A DNA stretch of 64,000 nt, taken from contig OZ024740.1 of NCBI GenBank assembly GCA_964016885.1, positions 79,608,001 through 79,672,000 of the forward strand, given 5' to 3'. Source of the stretch: Eledone cirrhosa. Lineage: Eukaryota. Below the pieces are notes generated by a model. That model saw only the letters and a program-made list of their open reading frames with translations, made no database searches and had not been told where the DNA came from. This document shows positions 43,501-59,300 of the stretch, piece by piece. How positions within the stretch are numbered: the first letter of the stretch is position 1; the number at the start of each line of letters is the position of its first letter. The translations under genes were made by a program, and so were the position numbers.

Positions 43501-46500
43501 GAGACACGGAAGACCAACTAAAATTGCGACACTGAAGACAGCCACCAAAATTGAAACACTGAAGACAGCCACCAAAATTGAGACATTTAAGATAGCCACG
43601 AAAACTGAGACACGGAAGACAGCCACCAAAATTGAGACACTGAAGACAGCCACAAAAATTGAGACACTGAAGACAGCCACTAAAATTGAGACATCGAAGG
43701 CAGCCACGAAAATTGAGACACTGAAGACAGCCACCAAAACTTAGACACTAAGACAATTACCAAAATTGAGAAATCGAAGACAGCCACCAAAATTGAGACA
43801 CTAAGACAGCCACTAAAATTGAGACACTGAAGACAGCCACCAAAATTGAGACACTAAAGGGTGCCACCAAGATTGAGACACTGAAGAAAGCCACGAAAAC
43901 TGAGACACCGAAGACATCCACTAAAATTGAGACACTAAGACAATCACCAAAATTGACACATCGAAGACAGCCACCAAAATTGAGACACTGAAGACACCCA
44001 CTAAATTTGAGACATCGAAGGCAGCCACCAAAATTGAGACACTGAAGACAGCCACCAAATCTGAGACAGTGAAGACAGCCACCAAAATTGAGACACTGAA
44101 GACAGCCACCAAAATTGAGACACGGAAGACAACAACTAAAATTGCGACACTGAAGACAGCCACCAAAATTGAGACACTCAAGACAGCCACCAAAATTGAG
44201 ACACTGAAGATAGCCACGAAAACTGAGACACTGAAGACATCCACTAAAATTGAGACACTGAAGACAGCCACCAAAATTTAGACACTAAGACAATCACCAA
44301 AATTGAGACATCGATGACAGCCACCAAAATTGAGACACAGAAGACAGCCCCCAAAACTGAGACAATGAAGATAGCAACCAAAATTGAGACATCGAAGGCA
44401 GCCAACAAAATTGAGACACTGAAGAGTGCCACTAATATTGAGACACTGAAGACAGCCATTAAAATTGAGACAGTGAAGACAGCCACCAAAATTAAGACAC
44501 TGAAGACAACCACTATAATTGAGACACTGAAGACAGCCACCAAAATTGAGACACTGAAGACAGCCACCAAAACTGAGACATTGAAGACAGCCACCAAAAT
44601 TGAGACACTGAAGACAGCCACCAAAACTGAGACAATGAAGATAGCAACCAAAATTGAGACATTGAAGACAGTCACCCAAATTGAGACACTGGAGAGAGCC
44701 ACGAAAATTGAGACACCGATGACAGCCACTAAAATTGAGACGTCGAAGGCAGCCACCAAAATTGAGACACTAAAGACAGCCACCAAAATTGAGACACTGA
44801 AGACAGCCACTAATATTGAGACACTGAAGACAGCCATTAAAATTGAGACATCGAAGGAAGCCCCCAAAATTGAGACACTGCAGACAGTCACCAAAATTGA
44901 GACACTGAAGACAGCCACCAAAACTGAGACATCGAAGGCAGCCACGAAAATTGAGACACTGAAGACAGCCACCAAAATTGAGACACTGAAGGCAGCCACC
45001 AAAATTGAGACACGGAAGACCAACTAAAATTGCGACACTGAAGACAGCCACCAAAATTGAGACACTGAAGACAGCCACCAAAATTGAAACACTGAAGATA
45101 GCCACGAAAACTGAGACACTGAAGACATCCACTAAAATTGAGACACTGAAGACAGCCACCAAAATTTAGACACTAAGACAATCACCAAAATTGAGACATC
45201 GAAGACAGCTACCAAAATTGAGACACTAAGACAGCCACTAAAATTGAAACACTGAAGACAGCAACCAAAATTGAGACACTGAAGATAGCCACCAAAATAG
45301 AAACATCGAAGGCAGCCACTAAAATTGAGACACTGAAGACAGCCACCAAAATTGAGTCACTGAAGACATCCAACAAAACTGAGACACGGAAGACAGCCAC
45401 CAAAATTGAGACACTGAAGACAGCCACAAAAATTGAGACACTGAAGACAGCCACTAAAATTGAGACATCCAAGGCAGCCACGTAAATTGAGACACTGAAG
45501 ACAGCCACCAAAATTTAGACACTGAAGACAGCCACCAAAATTGAGACACTGAAGATAGCCATTAAAACTGAGATACTGAAGACATCCACTAAAATCGAGA
45601 CACTGAAGACAGCTACCAAAATTGAGACACTGAAGGTAGCCACGAAAACTGAGACATTGAAGACAGCCACTAAAATTGAGACACTGAAGACAGCCACCAA
45701 AATTTAGACACTAAGACAATCACCAAAATTGAGACATCGAAGACACCCACCAAAATTGAGACACTGAACACAGCCACTAAATTTGAGACATCGAAGGCAG
45801 CCACCAAAATTGAGACACTGAAGACAGCCACCAAAACTGAGACACTGAAGACAGCCACCAAAATGAGACACTGAAGACAGCCACCAAAATTGAGACACTG
45901 AAGACAGCCACTAAAATTGAGACATCGAAGGCAACCACCAAAATTGAGACACTGAAGACAGTCACCAAAATTGAGACACTGAAGACAGCCACCAAAATTG
46001 AAACACTGAAGAAGCCGCGAAAATTGAGACACTGAAGACAGCACCTAAAATTGCGACACTGAAGACAGCCAACAAAATTGAGACACTGAAGAGAGCCACC
46101 AAATTTGAGACACTAAGACAGCCACCGAAAGTGAGACACTGAAGACAGCGACCAAAATTGAGACACTGAAGACAGCCACCAAAATTGAGACACGGAACAG
46201 AGCAACTAAAATTGCGACACTGAAGACAGCCACTAAAATTGAGACATCGAAGGCACCCACCAAAATTGAGACACTGAAGACAGCCACTAAAATTGAGACA
46301 CTGAAGACATCCTCCAAAATTGAGACACTGAAGACAGCCACCAAAAACGAGACACTGAAAAGAGCCACCAAATTTGAGACATTAAGGCAGCCACCGAAAG
46401 TGAGACACTGAAGACAGCGACCAAAATTGAAGCACCGAAGACAGCCACCAATATTGAGACTCTGAAAACAGCCGCTAAAATTGAGACACTGAATACAGCC

Positions 46501-48200
46501 ACCAAAAATGAGACACTAAGACAATCACCAAAATTGAGACACTGAAGACAGCCACTAAAATTGAGACATCGAAGGCAGCCACCAAAATTGAGACACTGAA
46601 GACAGTCACCAAAATTGAGACACTGAAGACAGCCACCAAAACTGAGACATCGAAGGCAGCCACGAAAATTGAGACACTGAAGACAGCCACCAAAATTGAA
46701 ACAGTGAAGACATCCACGAAAATTGAGACACTGAAGACAGCAACTAAAATTGCGACGCTGAAGACAGCCACAAAAATTGAGACACTGAAGACAGCCATCA
46801 AAATTGACACACAGAAGAGAGCCACCAAATTTGAGACACTAAGACAGCCACCGAAAGTGAGACACTGAAGAGAGCGACCAAAATTGAGGCACTGAAGAGA
46901 GACACCAATATTGATACCCTGAGGACAGCCATTAAAATTGAGACAGTGAAGACAGCCACCAAAATTGAGACACTGAAGACAGCCACCAAAATTGAGACAC
47001 GGAACACAGCAACAAAAATTGCGACACTGAAGACAGCCACTAAAATTGAGACATCGAAGGTACCCACCAAAATTGAGACACTGAAAACAGCCACTAAAAT
47101 TGAGACACTGGAGACATCCTCCAAAATTGAGACACTGAAGACGGCCACCAAAAATGAGACATGAAAAGAGCCACCAAATTTGAGGCATTAAGGCAGCCAC
47201 CGAAAGTGAGACACTGAAGACAGCGACCAAAATTGAAGCACTGAAGACAGCCACCAATATTGAGGCCCCGAAAACAGCCACTAAATTTGAGACACTGAAG
47301 ACAGCCACTAAAATTGAGACACTGAATACAGCCACCAAAAATGAGACACTAAGACAATCACCAAAATTGAGACACTAAAGACAGCCACCAAAATTGAGAC
47401 ACTGAAGACAGCCACCAAAACTGAGACAGGGAAGACAGCCACCAAAATTGAGACACTGAAAACAGCCACTAAAATTGAGACACTGCAGACAGCCACTAAA
47501 ATTGAGACACTGAATACAGCCACCAAAAATGAGACACCAAGACAACCACCAAAATTGAGACACTAAAGACAGCCACCAAAATTGAGACACTGAAGACAGC
47601 CACCAAAACTGAGACAGGGAAGACAGCCACCAAAATTGAGACACTGAAGACATTCACTAATATTGAGACATCGAAGGCAGCCACGAAAATTGAGACACTG
47701 AAAACAGCCACCAAAATTTAGACACTAAGACAATCAGCAAAATTGAGACATCGAAGACAGCCACCAAAATTGAGACACTGAAGACAGCCACCAAAATTGA
47801 GACACTGAAGAGTGCCACCAAAATTGAAACACTGAAGATAGCCACGAAAACTGAGACACCGAAGACATCCACTAAAATTGAGACACTGAAGACAGCCACC
47901 AAAATTTAGACACTAAGACAATCTCCAAAATTGCGGCATCGAAGACAGCCACCAAAATTGAGACACTGAAGACACCCACTAAATTTGAGACATCGAAGGC
48001 AGCCACCAAAATTGAGACACTGAAGACAGCCACCAAAACTGAGACACGGAAGACAGCCACCAAAATTGAGACACTGAAGACAGCCACCAAAACTGAGACT
48101 TCGAAGGCAGCCACGAAAATTGAGACACTGAAGACAGCCACCAAAATTGAGACACTGAAGACAACCACCAAAATTGAGACACTGAAGACAGTCACCAAAA
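34520..48200. repeat. Tandem pair of about 6.8-kb higher-order units (copy 2 about 34.5-41.3 kb, copy 3 about 41.3-48.2 kb)
   Basis: Offsets of 6802-6910 change in multiples of 27: 34605/41407, 35664/42493, 37065/43921, 38299/45209, 39646/46475, 40828/47657. Confidence 0.92.
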
Positions 48201-48429
48201 TTGAGACACTGAAGACAGCCACCAAAATTGAGAGATCGAAGGCAGCCACCAAAATTGATACACTGAAGACAGACACAAAAATTGAGACACTGAAGCCAGC
48301 CACCAAAATAGAGACATTGAAGACAGCGACCTAAATTGAGACACTGAAGACACCCACTAAATTTGAGACATCGAAGGCAGCCACCAAAATTGAGACACTG
48401 AAGACAGCCACCAAAACTGAGACACGGAA

Positions 48430-51400
48430 GATAGCCACCAAATTTGAGACACTAAGACAGCCACCGAAAGTGAGACACTGAAGACAGCGACTAAAATTGA
48501 GGCACTGAAGACAACCACCAATATTGATACCCTGAGCACAGCCACTAAAATTTAGACAGTGAAGACAGCCACCAAAATTCAGACACTGAAGACAGCCACG
48601 AAAATTGAGACACGGAAGACAGCAACTAAAATTGCGACACTGAAGACAGCCACCAAAATTGAGACACTGAAGACTGCCACCAAAATTGAGACACAGAAAA
48701 GAGCCACCAAATTTGAGACATTAAGGGAACCACCGAAAGTGAGACACTGAAGACAGCGAACAAAATTGAAGCACTGAAGACAGCCACCAATATTGAGACC
48801 CTGAAAACAGCCACTAAAATTGAGACACTGAAGACAGCCACCAAAATTGAGACATCGAAGACAGCCACCAAAATTGAGACATTGAAGACAACCACTAAAT
48901 TTGAGACATCGAAGGCAGCCACCAGAATTGAGACACTGAAGACAGGCACCAAAACTGAGACACAGAAGATAGCCACCAAAATTGAGACACTGAAGACAGC
49001 CACCAAAAGTGAGACACTGAAGACAGCCACTAAAATTGAGACATTGAAGGCAGCCACCAAAATTGAGACACTCAAGACAGTCACCAAAATTGAGACACTG
49101 AAGACCGCCACCAAAATTTAGACACTGAAGACAGCCACCAAAACTGAGACACGGAAGACAGCCACCAAAATTGAGACACTGAAGACAGCCACTAAAATTG
49201 AGACACTGAAGACAGCCACTAAAATTGAGACATCGAAGGCAGCCACGAAAATTGAGACACTGAAGACAGCCACCAAAATTTAGACACTAAGACAATCACC
49301 AAAATTGAAACATCGAAGACAGCCACCAAAATTGAGACACTGAGACAGCCACTAAAATTGAGACACTGAAGACAGCCACCAAAATTGAGACACTGAAGAC
49401 AGCCACCAAAATTGAGACACTGAAGATAACCATTAAAACTGAGACACCGAAGACAGCCACTAAAACTGAGACACTGAAGACAGCCACCAAAATTGAGACA
49501 CTGAAGACAGCCACCAAAATTGAGACACTGAAAGTAGCCACGAAAACTGAGACACTGAAGACAGCCACTAAAATTGAGACACTGAAGACAGCCACCAAAA
49601 TTTAGACACTAAGACAATCACCAAAATTGAGACATCGAAGACAGCCACCAAAATTGAGACACTGAAGACAGCCACTAAAATTGAGACATCGAAGGCAGCC
49701 ACCAAAATTGAGACACTGAAGACAGTCACCAAAATTGAGACACTGAAGACAGCCACTAAAATTGAGACATCGAAAGCAGCCACGAAAATTGAGACACTGA
49801 AGACAGCCACCAAAATTTAGACACTAAGACAATCACCAAAATTGAGACATCGAAGACAGCCACCTAAATTGAGACACTGAACACAGCCACTAAAATTCTG
49901 GCACTGAAGACAGCCACCAAAATTGAGACACTGAAGACAGCCACCAAAATTGAGACACTGAATATAGCCATTAAAACTGAGACACCGAAGACAGCCACTA
50001 AAACTAAGACACTGAAGACAGCCACCAAAATTGAGACACTGAAGACAGCAACCAAAATTGAGACATTGAAGGTTGCCACGAAAACTGAGACAATGAAGAC
50101 AGCCACTAAAATTGAGACACTGAAGACAGCCACCAAAACTTAGACACTAAGACAACATCAAAATTAAGACATCGAAGACAACCACCAAAATAGAGACACT
50201 GAACACAGCCACTAAATTTGAGACATCGAAGGCAGCCACCAAAATTGAGACACTGAAGACAGCCACCAAAACTGAGACACAGGAGACAGCCACCAAAATC
50301 GAGACACTGAAGACAGCCACCAAAATTGAGACACTGAAGACAGCCACTAAAATTGAGACATCGAAGGCAGCCACCAAAATTGAGTCACTGAAGACAGTCA
50401 CCAAAATTGAGACACTGAAGACAGCCACCAAAACTGAGACATCGAAGGCAGCCACGAAAATTGAGACACTGAAGACAGCCACCAAAATTGAAACAGTGAA
50501 GACATCCACGAAAATTGTGACACTGAAGACAGCAACTAAAATTGCGACGCTGAAGACAGCCACAAAAATTGAGACACTGAAGACAGCCATCAAAATTGAG
50601 ACACTGAAGAGAGCCACCAAATTTGAGACACTAAGACAGCCACCGAAAGTGAGACACTGAAGACAGCGACTAAAATTGAGGCACTGAAGACAATCACCAA
50701 TATTGATACCCTGAGCACAGCCACTAAAATTGAGACAGTGAAGACAGCCACCAAAATTCAGACACTGAAGACAGCCACGAAAATTGAGACACGGAAGACA
50801 GCAACTAAAATTGCGACACTGAAGACAGCCACCAAAATTGAGACACTGAAGACTGCCACCAAAATTGAGACACAGAAAAGAGCCACCAAATTTGAGACAT
50901 TAAGGGAACCACCGAAAGTGAGACACTGAAGACAGCGACCAAAATTGAAGCACTGAAGACAGCCACCAATATTGAGACCCTGAAAACAGCCACTAAAATT
51001 GAGACACTGAAGACAGCCACCAAAATTGAGACATCGAAGACAGCCATCAAAATTGAGACATTGAAGACAACCACTAAATTTGAGACATCGAAGGCAGCCA
51101 CCAGAATTGAGACACTGAAGACAGGCACCAAAACTGAGACACAGAAGATAGCCACCAAAATTGAGACACTGAAGACAGCCACCAAAAGTGAGACACTGAA
51201 GACAGCCACTAAAATTGAGACATTGAAGGCAGCCACCAAAATTGAGACACTCAAGACAGTCACCAAAATTGAGACACTGAAGACCGCCACCAAAATTTAG
51301 ACACTGAAGACAGCCACCAAAACTGAGACACGGAAGACAGCCACCAAAATTGAGACACTGAAGACAGCCACTAAAATTGAGACACTGAAGACAGCCACTA

Positions 51401-52800
51401 AAATTGAGACATCGAAGGCAGCCACGAAAATTGAGACACTGAAGACAGCCACCAAAATTTAGACACTAAGACAATCAGCAAAATTGAAACATCAAAGACA
51501 GCCACCAAAATTGAGACACTAAGACAGCCACTAAAATTGAGACACTGAAGACAGCCACCAAAATTGAGACACTGAAGGTAGCCACCAAAATTGAGACACT
51601 GAAGATAACCATTAAAACTGAGACACCGAAGACAGCCACTAAAACTGAGACACTGAAGACAGCCACCAAAATTGAGACACTGAAGACAGCCACCAAAATT
51701 GAGACACTGAAAGTAGCCACGAAAACTGAGACACTGACGACAGCCACTAAAATTGAGACACTGAAGACAGCCACCAAAATTTAGACACTTAGACAATCAC
51801 CAAAATTGAGACATCGAAGACAGCCACCAAAATTGAGACACTGAAGACAGCCACTAAAATTGAGACATCGAAGGCAGCCACCAAAATTGAGACACTGAAG
51901 ACAGTCACCAAAATTGAGACACTGAAGACAGCCACTAAAATTGAGACATCGAAAGCAGCCACGAAAATTGAGACACTGAAGACAGCCACCAAAATTTAGA
52001 CACTAAGACAATCACCAAAATTGAGACATCGAAGACAGCCACCAATATTGAGACACTGAACACAGCCACTAAAATTCTGGCACTGAAGACAGCCACCAAA
52101 ATTGAGACACTGAAGACAGCCACCAAAATTGAGACACTGAAGATAGCCATTAAAACTGAGACACCGAAGACAGCCACTAAAACTAAGACACTGAAGACAG
52201 CCACCAAAATTGAGACATTGAAGGTAGCCACGAAAACTGAGACAATGAAGACAGCCACTAAAATTGAGACACTGAAGACAGCCACCAAAACTTAGACACT
52301 AAGACAACATCAAAATTAAGACATCGAAGACAACCACCAAAATAGAGACACTGAACACAGCCACTAAATTTGAGACATCGAAGGCAGCCACCAAAATTGA
52401 GACACTGAAGACAGCCACCAAAACTGAGACACGGGAGACAGCCACCAAAATTGAGACACTGAAGACAGCCACCAAAATTGAGACACTGAAGACAGCCACT
52501 AAAATTGAGACATCGAAGGCAGCCACCAAAATTGAGACACTGAAGACAGTCACCAAAATTGAGACACTGAAGACAGCCACCAAAACTGAGACATCGAAGG
52601 CAGCCACGAAAATTGAGACACTGAAGACAGCCACCAAAATTGAAACAGTGAAGACATCCACGAAAATTGAGACACTGAAGACAGCAACTAAAATTGCGAC
52701 GCTGAAGACAGCCACAAAAATTGAGACACTGAAGACAGCCATCAAAATTGAGACACTGAAGAGAGCCACCAAATTTGAGACACTAAGACAGCCACCGAAA
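48430..52800. repeat. Tandem pair of about 2.18-kb units
   Basis: Offset 2179 at 48559/50738, 48626/50805, 48882/51061 and 49296/51475, then 2152 (one monomer less) at 50147/52299. The rare variant aaaattctggcactg occurs at about 49893 and about 52071, and also at about 28255. Confidence 0.9.
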
Positions 52801-53399
52801 GTGAGACACTGAAGAGAGCGACCAAAATTGAGGCACTGAAGAGAGACACCAATATTGATACCCTGAGGACAGCCACTAAAATTGAGACAGTGAAGACAGC
52901 CACCAAAATTGAAACACTGAAGACACCCACCAAAATTGCGACACGGAACACAGCAACTAAAATTGCGACACTGAAGACAGCCACTAAAATTGAGACATCG
53001 AAGGCACCCACCAAAATTGAGACACTGAAGACATCCTCCAAAATTGAGACACTGAAGACGGCCACCAAAAATGAGACATGAAAAGAGCCACCAAATTTGA
53101 GACATTAAGGCAGCCACCGAAAGTGAGACACTGAAGACAGCGACCAAAATTGAAGCACTGAAGACAGCCACTAATATTGAGACCCCGAAAACAGCCATTA
53201 AAATTGAGACACTGAAGACAGCCACTAAAATTGAGACACTAAATACAGCCACCAAAATTGAGACACTGAAGACAGCCACCAAAACTGAGACACGGAAGAC
53301 AGCCACCAAAATTGAGACACTGAAGACATCCACTAATATTGAGACATCGAAGGCAGCCACGAAAATTGAGACACTGAAAACAGCCACCAAAATTGAGAC

Positions 53400-56300
53400 A
53401 CGGAACACAGCAACTAAAATTGCGACACTGAAGACAGCCACTAAAATTGAGACATCGAAGGCACCCACCAAAATTGAGACACTGAAGACAGCCACTAAAA
53501 TTGAGACACTGGAGACATCCTCCGAAATTGAGACACTGAAGACGGCCACCAAAAATGAGACATGAAAAGAGCCACCAAATTTGAGACATTAAGGCAGCCA
53601 CCGAAAGTGAGACACTGAAGACAGCGACCAAAATTGAAGCACCGATGACAGCCACCAATATTGAGGCCCCGAAAACAGCCACTAAAATTGAGACACTGAA
53701 GACAGCCACTAAAATTGAGACACTGAATACAGCCACCAAAAATGAGACACTAAGACAATCACCAAAATTGAGACACTAAAGACAGCCACCAAAATTGAGA
53801 CACTGAAGACAGCCACCAAAACTGAGACACGGAAGACAGCCACCAAAATTGAGACACTGAAAACAGCCACTAAAATTGAGACACTGAAGACAGCCACTAA
53901 AATTGAGACACTGAATACAGCCACTAAAAATGAGACACCAAGACAATCACCAAAATTGAGACACTAAAGACAGCCACCAAAATTGAGACACTGAAGACAG
54001 CCACCAAAACTGAGACAGGGAAGACAGCCACCAAAATTGAGACACTGAAGACATCCACTAATATTGAGACATCGAAGGCAGCCACGAAAATTGAGACACT
54101 GAAAATAGCCACCAAAATTTAGACACTAAGAAAATCACCAAAATTGAGACATCGAAGACAGCCACCAAAATTGAGACACTAAGACAGCCACTAAAATTGA
54201 GACACTGAAGACGGCCACCAAAAATGAGACATGAAAAGAGCCACCAAATTTGAGACATTAAGGCAGCCACCGAAAGTGAGACACTGAAGACAGCGACCAA
54301 AATTGAAGCACTGAAGACAGCCACCAATATTGAGACCCCGAAAACAGCCATTAAAATTGAGACACTGAAGACAGCCACTAAAATTGAGACACTAAATACA
54401 GCCACCAAAATTGAGACACTGAAGACAGCCACCAAAACTGAGACACGGAAGACAGCCACCAAAATTGAGACACTGAAGACATCCACTAATATTGAGACAT
54501 CGAAGGCAGCCACGAAAATTGAGACACTGAAAACAGCCACCAAAATTTAGACACTAAGACAATCACCAAAATTGAGACATCGAAGACAGCCACCAAAATT
54601 GAGACACTAAGACAGCCACTAAAATTGAGACACTGAAGACAGACACCAAAATTGAGACACTGAAGAGTGCCACCAAAATTGAAACACCGAAGATAGCCAC
54701 GAAAACTGAGACACCGAATACATCCACTAAAATTGAGACACTGAAGACAGCCCCCAAAATTTAGACACTAAGACAATCTCCAAAATTGCGACATCGAAGA
54801 CAGCCACCAAAATTGAGACACTGAAGACACCCACTAAATTTGAGACATCGAAGGTAGCCACCAAAATTGAGACGCTGAAGACAGCCACCAAAACTGAGTC
54901 ACGGAAGACAGCCACCAAAATTGAGACACTGAAGACAGCCACCAAAACTGAGACTTCGAAGGCAGCCACGAAAATTGAGACACTGAAGACAGCCACCAAA
55001 ATTGAGACACTGAAGACAACCACCAAATTTTAGACACTGAAGACAGTCACCAAAATTGAGACACTGAAGACAGCCACCAAAATTGAGAGATCGAAGGCAG
55101 CCACCAAAATTGATACACTGAAGACAGCCACAAAAATTGAGACACTGAAGCCAGCCACCAAAATAGAGACATTGAAGACAGCGACCTAGATTGAGACACT
55201 GAAGATAGCCACCAAATTTGAGACACTAAGACAGCCACCGAAAGTGAGACACTGAAGACAGTGACTAAAATTGAGGCACTGAAAACAACCACCAATATTG
55301 ATACCCTGAGCACAGCCACTAAAATTGAGACAGAGAAGACAGCCACCAAAATTGAGACACTGAAGACAGCCACCAAAATTGAGACACGGAAGACAGCAAC
55401 TAAAATTGCGACACTGAAGACAGCCACCAAAATTGAGACACTGAAGACAACCACTAAAATTGAGACATCGAAGGCACCCACCAAAATTAAGACACTGAAG
55501 ACATCCTCCATAATTGAGACACTGAAACAGCCACCAAAAATGAGACACTGAAAAGAGCCACCAAATTTGAGACATTAAGGCAGCCACCGAAAGTGAGTCA
55601 CTGAAGACAGCGACCAAAATTGAAGCACCGAAGACAGCCACCAATATTGAGACCCTGAAAACAGCCGCTAAAATTGAGACACTGAATACAGCCACAAAAA
55701 ATGAGACACTAAGACAATCACCAAAATTGAGACACTGAAGACAGCCACTAAAATTGAGACATCGAAGGCAGCCACCAAAATTGAGACACTGAAGATAGTC
55801 ACCAAAATTGAGACACTGAAGATAGCCATTAAAACTGAGATACTGAAGACAGCCACGAAAATTGAGGCACTGAAGACAGCAACTAAAATTGCGACGCTGA
55901 AGACAGCCACAAAAATTGAGACACTGAAGACAGCCATCAAAATTGAGACACTGAAGAGAGCCACCAAATTTGAGACACTAAGACAGCCACCGAAAGTGAG
56001 ACACTGAAGAGAGCGACCAAAATTGAGGCACTGAAGAGAGACACCAATATTGATACCCTGAGGACAGCCACTAAAATTGAGACAGTGAAGACAGCCACCA
56101 AAATTGAGACACTGAAGACACCCACCAAAATTGCGACACGGAACACAGCAACTAAAATTGCGACACTGAAGACAGCCACTAAAATTGAGACATCGAAGGC
56201 ACCCACCAAAATTGAGACACTGAAGACATCCTCCAAAATTGAGACACTGAAGACGGCCACCAAAAATGAGACATGAAAAGAGCCACCAAATTTGAGACAT

Positions 56301-59300
56301 TAAGGCAGCCACCGAAAGTGAGACACTGAAGACAGCGACCAAAATTGAAGCACTGAAGACAGCCACCAATATTGAGACCCCGAAAACAGCCATTAAAATT
56401 GAGACACTGAAGACAGCCACTAAAATTGAGACACTAAATACAGCCACCAAAATTGAGACACTGAAGACAGCCACCAAAACTGAGACACGGAAGACAGCCA
56501 CCAAAATTGAGACACTGAAGACATCCACTAATATTGAGACATCGAAGGCAGCCACGAAAATTGAGACACTGAAAACAGCCACCAAAATTTAGACACTAAG
56601 ACAATCACCAAAATTGAGACATCGAAGACAGCCACCAAAATTGAGACACTAAGACAGCCACTAAAATTGAGACACTGAAGACAGACACCAAAATTGAGAC
56701 ACTGAAGAGTGCCACCAAAATTGAAACACCGAAGATAGCCACGAAAACTGAGACACCGAAGACATCCACTAAAATTGAGACACTGAAGACAGCCCCCAAA
56801 ATTTAGACACTAAGACAATCTCCAAAATTGCGACATCGAAGACAGCCACCAAAATTGAGACACTGAAGACACCCACTAAATTTGAGACATCGAAGGTAGC
56901 CACCAAAATTGAGACGCTGAAGACAGCCACCAAAACTGAGTCACGGAAGACAGCCACCAAAATTGAGACACTGAAGACAGCCACCAAAACTGAGACTTCG
57001 AAGGCAGCCACGAAAATTGAGACACTGAAGACAGCCACCAAAATTGAGACACTGAAGACAACCACCAAATTTTAGACACTGAAGACAGTCACCAAAATTG
57101 AGACACTGAAGACAGCCACCAAAATTGAATGATCGAAGGCAGCCACCAAAATTGATACACTGAAGACAGCCACAAAAATTGAGACACTGAAGCCAGCCAC
57201 CAAAATAGAGACATTGAAGACAGCGACCTAGATTGAGACACTGAAGATAGCCACCAAATTTGAGACACTAAGACAGCCACCGAAAGTGAGACACTGAAGA
57301 CAGCGACTAAAATTGAGGCACTGAAAACAACCACCAATATTGATACCCTGAGCACAGCCACTAAAATTGAGACAGAGAAGACAGCCACCAAAATTGAGAC
57401 ACTGAAGACAGCCACCAAAATTGAGACACGGAAGACAGCAACTAAAATTGCGACACTGAAGACAGCCACCAAAATTGAGACACTGAAGACAACCACTAAA
57501 ATTGAGACATCGAAGGCACCCACCAAAATTAAGACACTGAAGACATCCTCCATAATTGAGACACTGAAACAGCCACCAAAAATGAGACACTGAAAAGAGC
57601 CACCAAATTTGAGACATTAAGGCAGCCACCGAAAGTGAGACACTGAAGACAGCGACCAAAATTGAAGCACCGAAGACAGCCACCAATATTGAGACCCTGA
57701 AAACAGCCGCTAAAATTGAGACACTGAATACAGCCACCAAAAATGAGACACTAAGACAATCACCAAAATTGAGACACTGAAGACAGCCACTAAAATTGAG
57801 ACATCGAAGGCAGCCACCAAAATTGAGACACTGAAGACAGTCACCAAAATTGAGACACTGAAGATAGCCATTAAAACTGAGATACTGAAGACAGCCACGA
57901 AAATTGAGGCACTGAAGACAGCAACTAAAATTGCGACGCTGAAGACAGCCACAAAAATTGAGACACTGAACACAGCCATCAAAATTGAGACACTGAAGAG
58001 AGCCACCAAATTTGAGACACTAAGACAGCCACCGAAAGTGAGACACTGAAGAGAGCGACCAAAATTGAGGCACTGAAGAGAGACACCAATATTGATACCC
58101 TGAGCACAGCCATTAAAATTGAGACAGTGAAGACAGCCACCAAAATTGAGATACTGAAGACAGCCACCAAAATTGAGACACGGAACACAGCAACTAAAAT
58201 TGCGACACTGAAGACAGCCACTAAAATTGAGACATCGAAGGCACCCACCAAAATTGAGACACTGAAGACAGCCACTAAAATTGAGACACTGGAGACATCC
58301 TCCGAAATTGAGACACTGAAGACGGCCACCAAAAATGAGACATGAAAAGAGCCACCAAATTTGAGACATTAAGGCAGCCACCGAAAGTGAGACATTGAAG
58401 ACAGCGACCAAAATTGAAGCACCGAAGACAGCCACCAATATTGAGGCCCCGAAAACAGCCACTAAAATTGAGACACTGAAGACAGCCACTAAAATTGAGA
58501 CACTGAATACAGCCACCAAAAATGAGACACTAAGACAATCACCAAAATTGAGACACTAAAGACAGCCACCAAAATTGAGACACTGAAGACAGCCACCAAA
58601 ACTGAGACACGGAAGACAGCCACCAAAATTGAGACACTGAAAACAGCCACTAAAATTGAGACACTGAAGACAGCCACTAAAATTGAGACACTGAATACAG
58701 CCACTAAAAATGAGACACCAAGACAATCACCAAAATTGAGACACTAAAGACAGCCACCAAAATTGAGACACTGAAGACAGCCACCAAAACTGAGACAGGG
58801 AAGACAGCCACCAAAATTGAGACACTGAAGACATCCACTAATATTGAGACATCGAAGGCAGCCACGAAAATTGAGACACTGAAAACAGCCACCAAAATTT
58901 AGACACTAAGAAAATCACCAAAATTGAGACATCGAAGACAGCCACCAAAATTGAGACACTAAGACAGCCACTAAAATTGAGACACTGAAGACGGCCACCA
59001 AAAATGAGACATGAAAAGAGCCACCAAATTTGAGACATTAAGGCAGCCACCGAAAGTGAGACACTGAAGACAGCGACCAAAATTGAAGCACTGAAGACAG
59101 CCACCAATATTGAGACCCCGAAAACAGCCATTAAAATTGAGACACTGAAGACAGCCACTAAAATTGAGACACTAAATACAGCCACCAAAATTGAGACACT
59201 GAAGACAGCCACCAAAACTGAGACACGGAAGACAGCCACCAAAATTGAGACACTGAAGACATCCACTAATATTGAGACATCGAAGGCAGCCACAAAAATT

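Noticed and set aside
52299-53552. Longest ORF (417 aa), hydrophobic and membrane-protein-like
   Set aside because: It consists entirely of translated satellite monomers in alternating frames, which is expected when all minus frames are stop-free.
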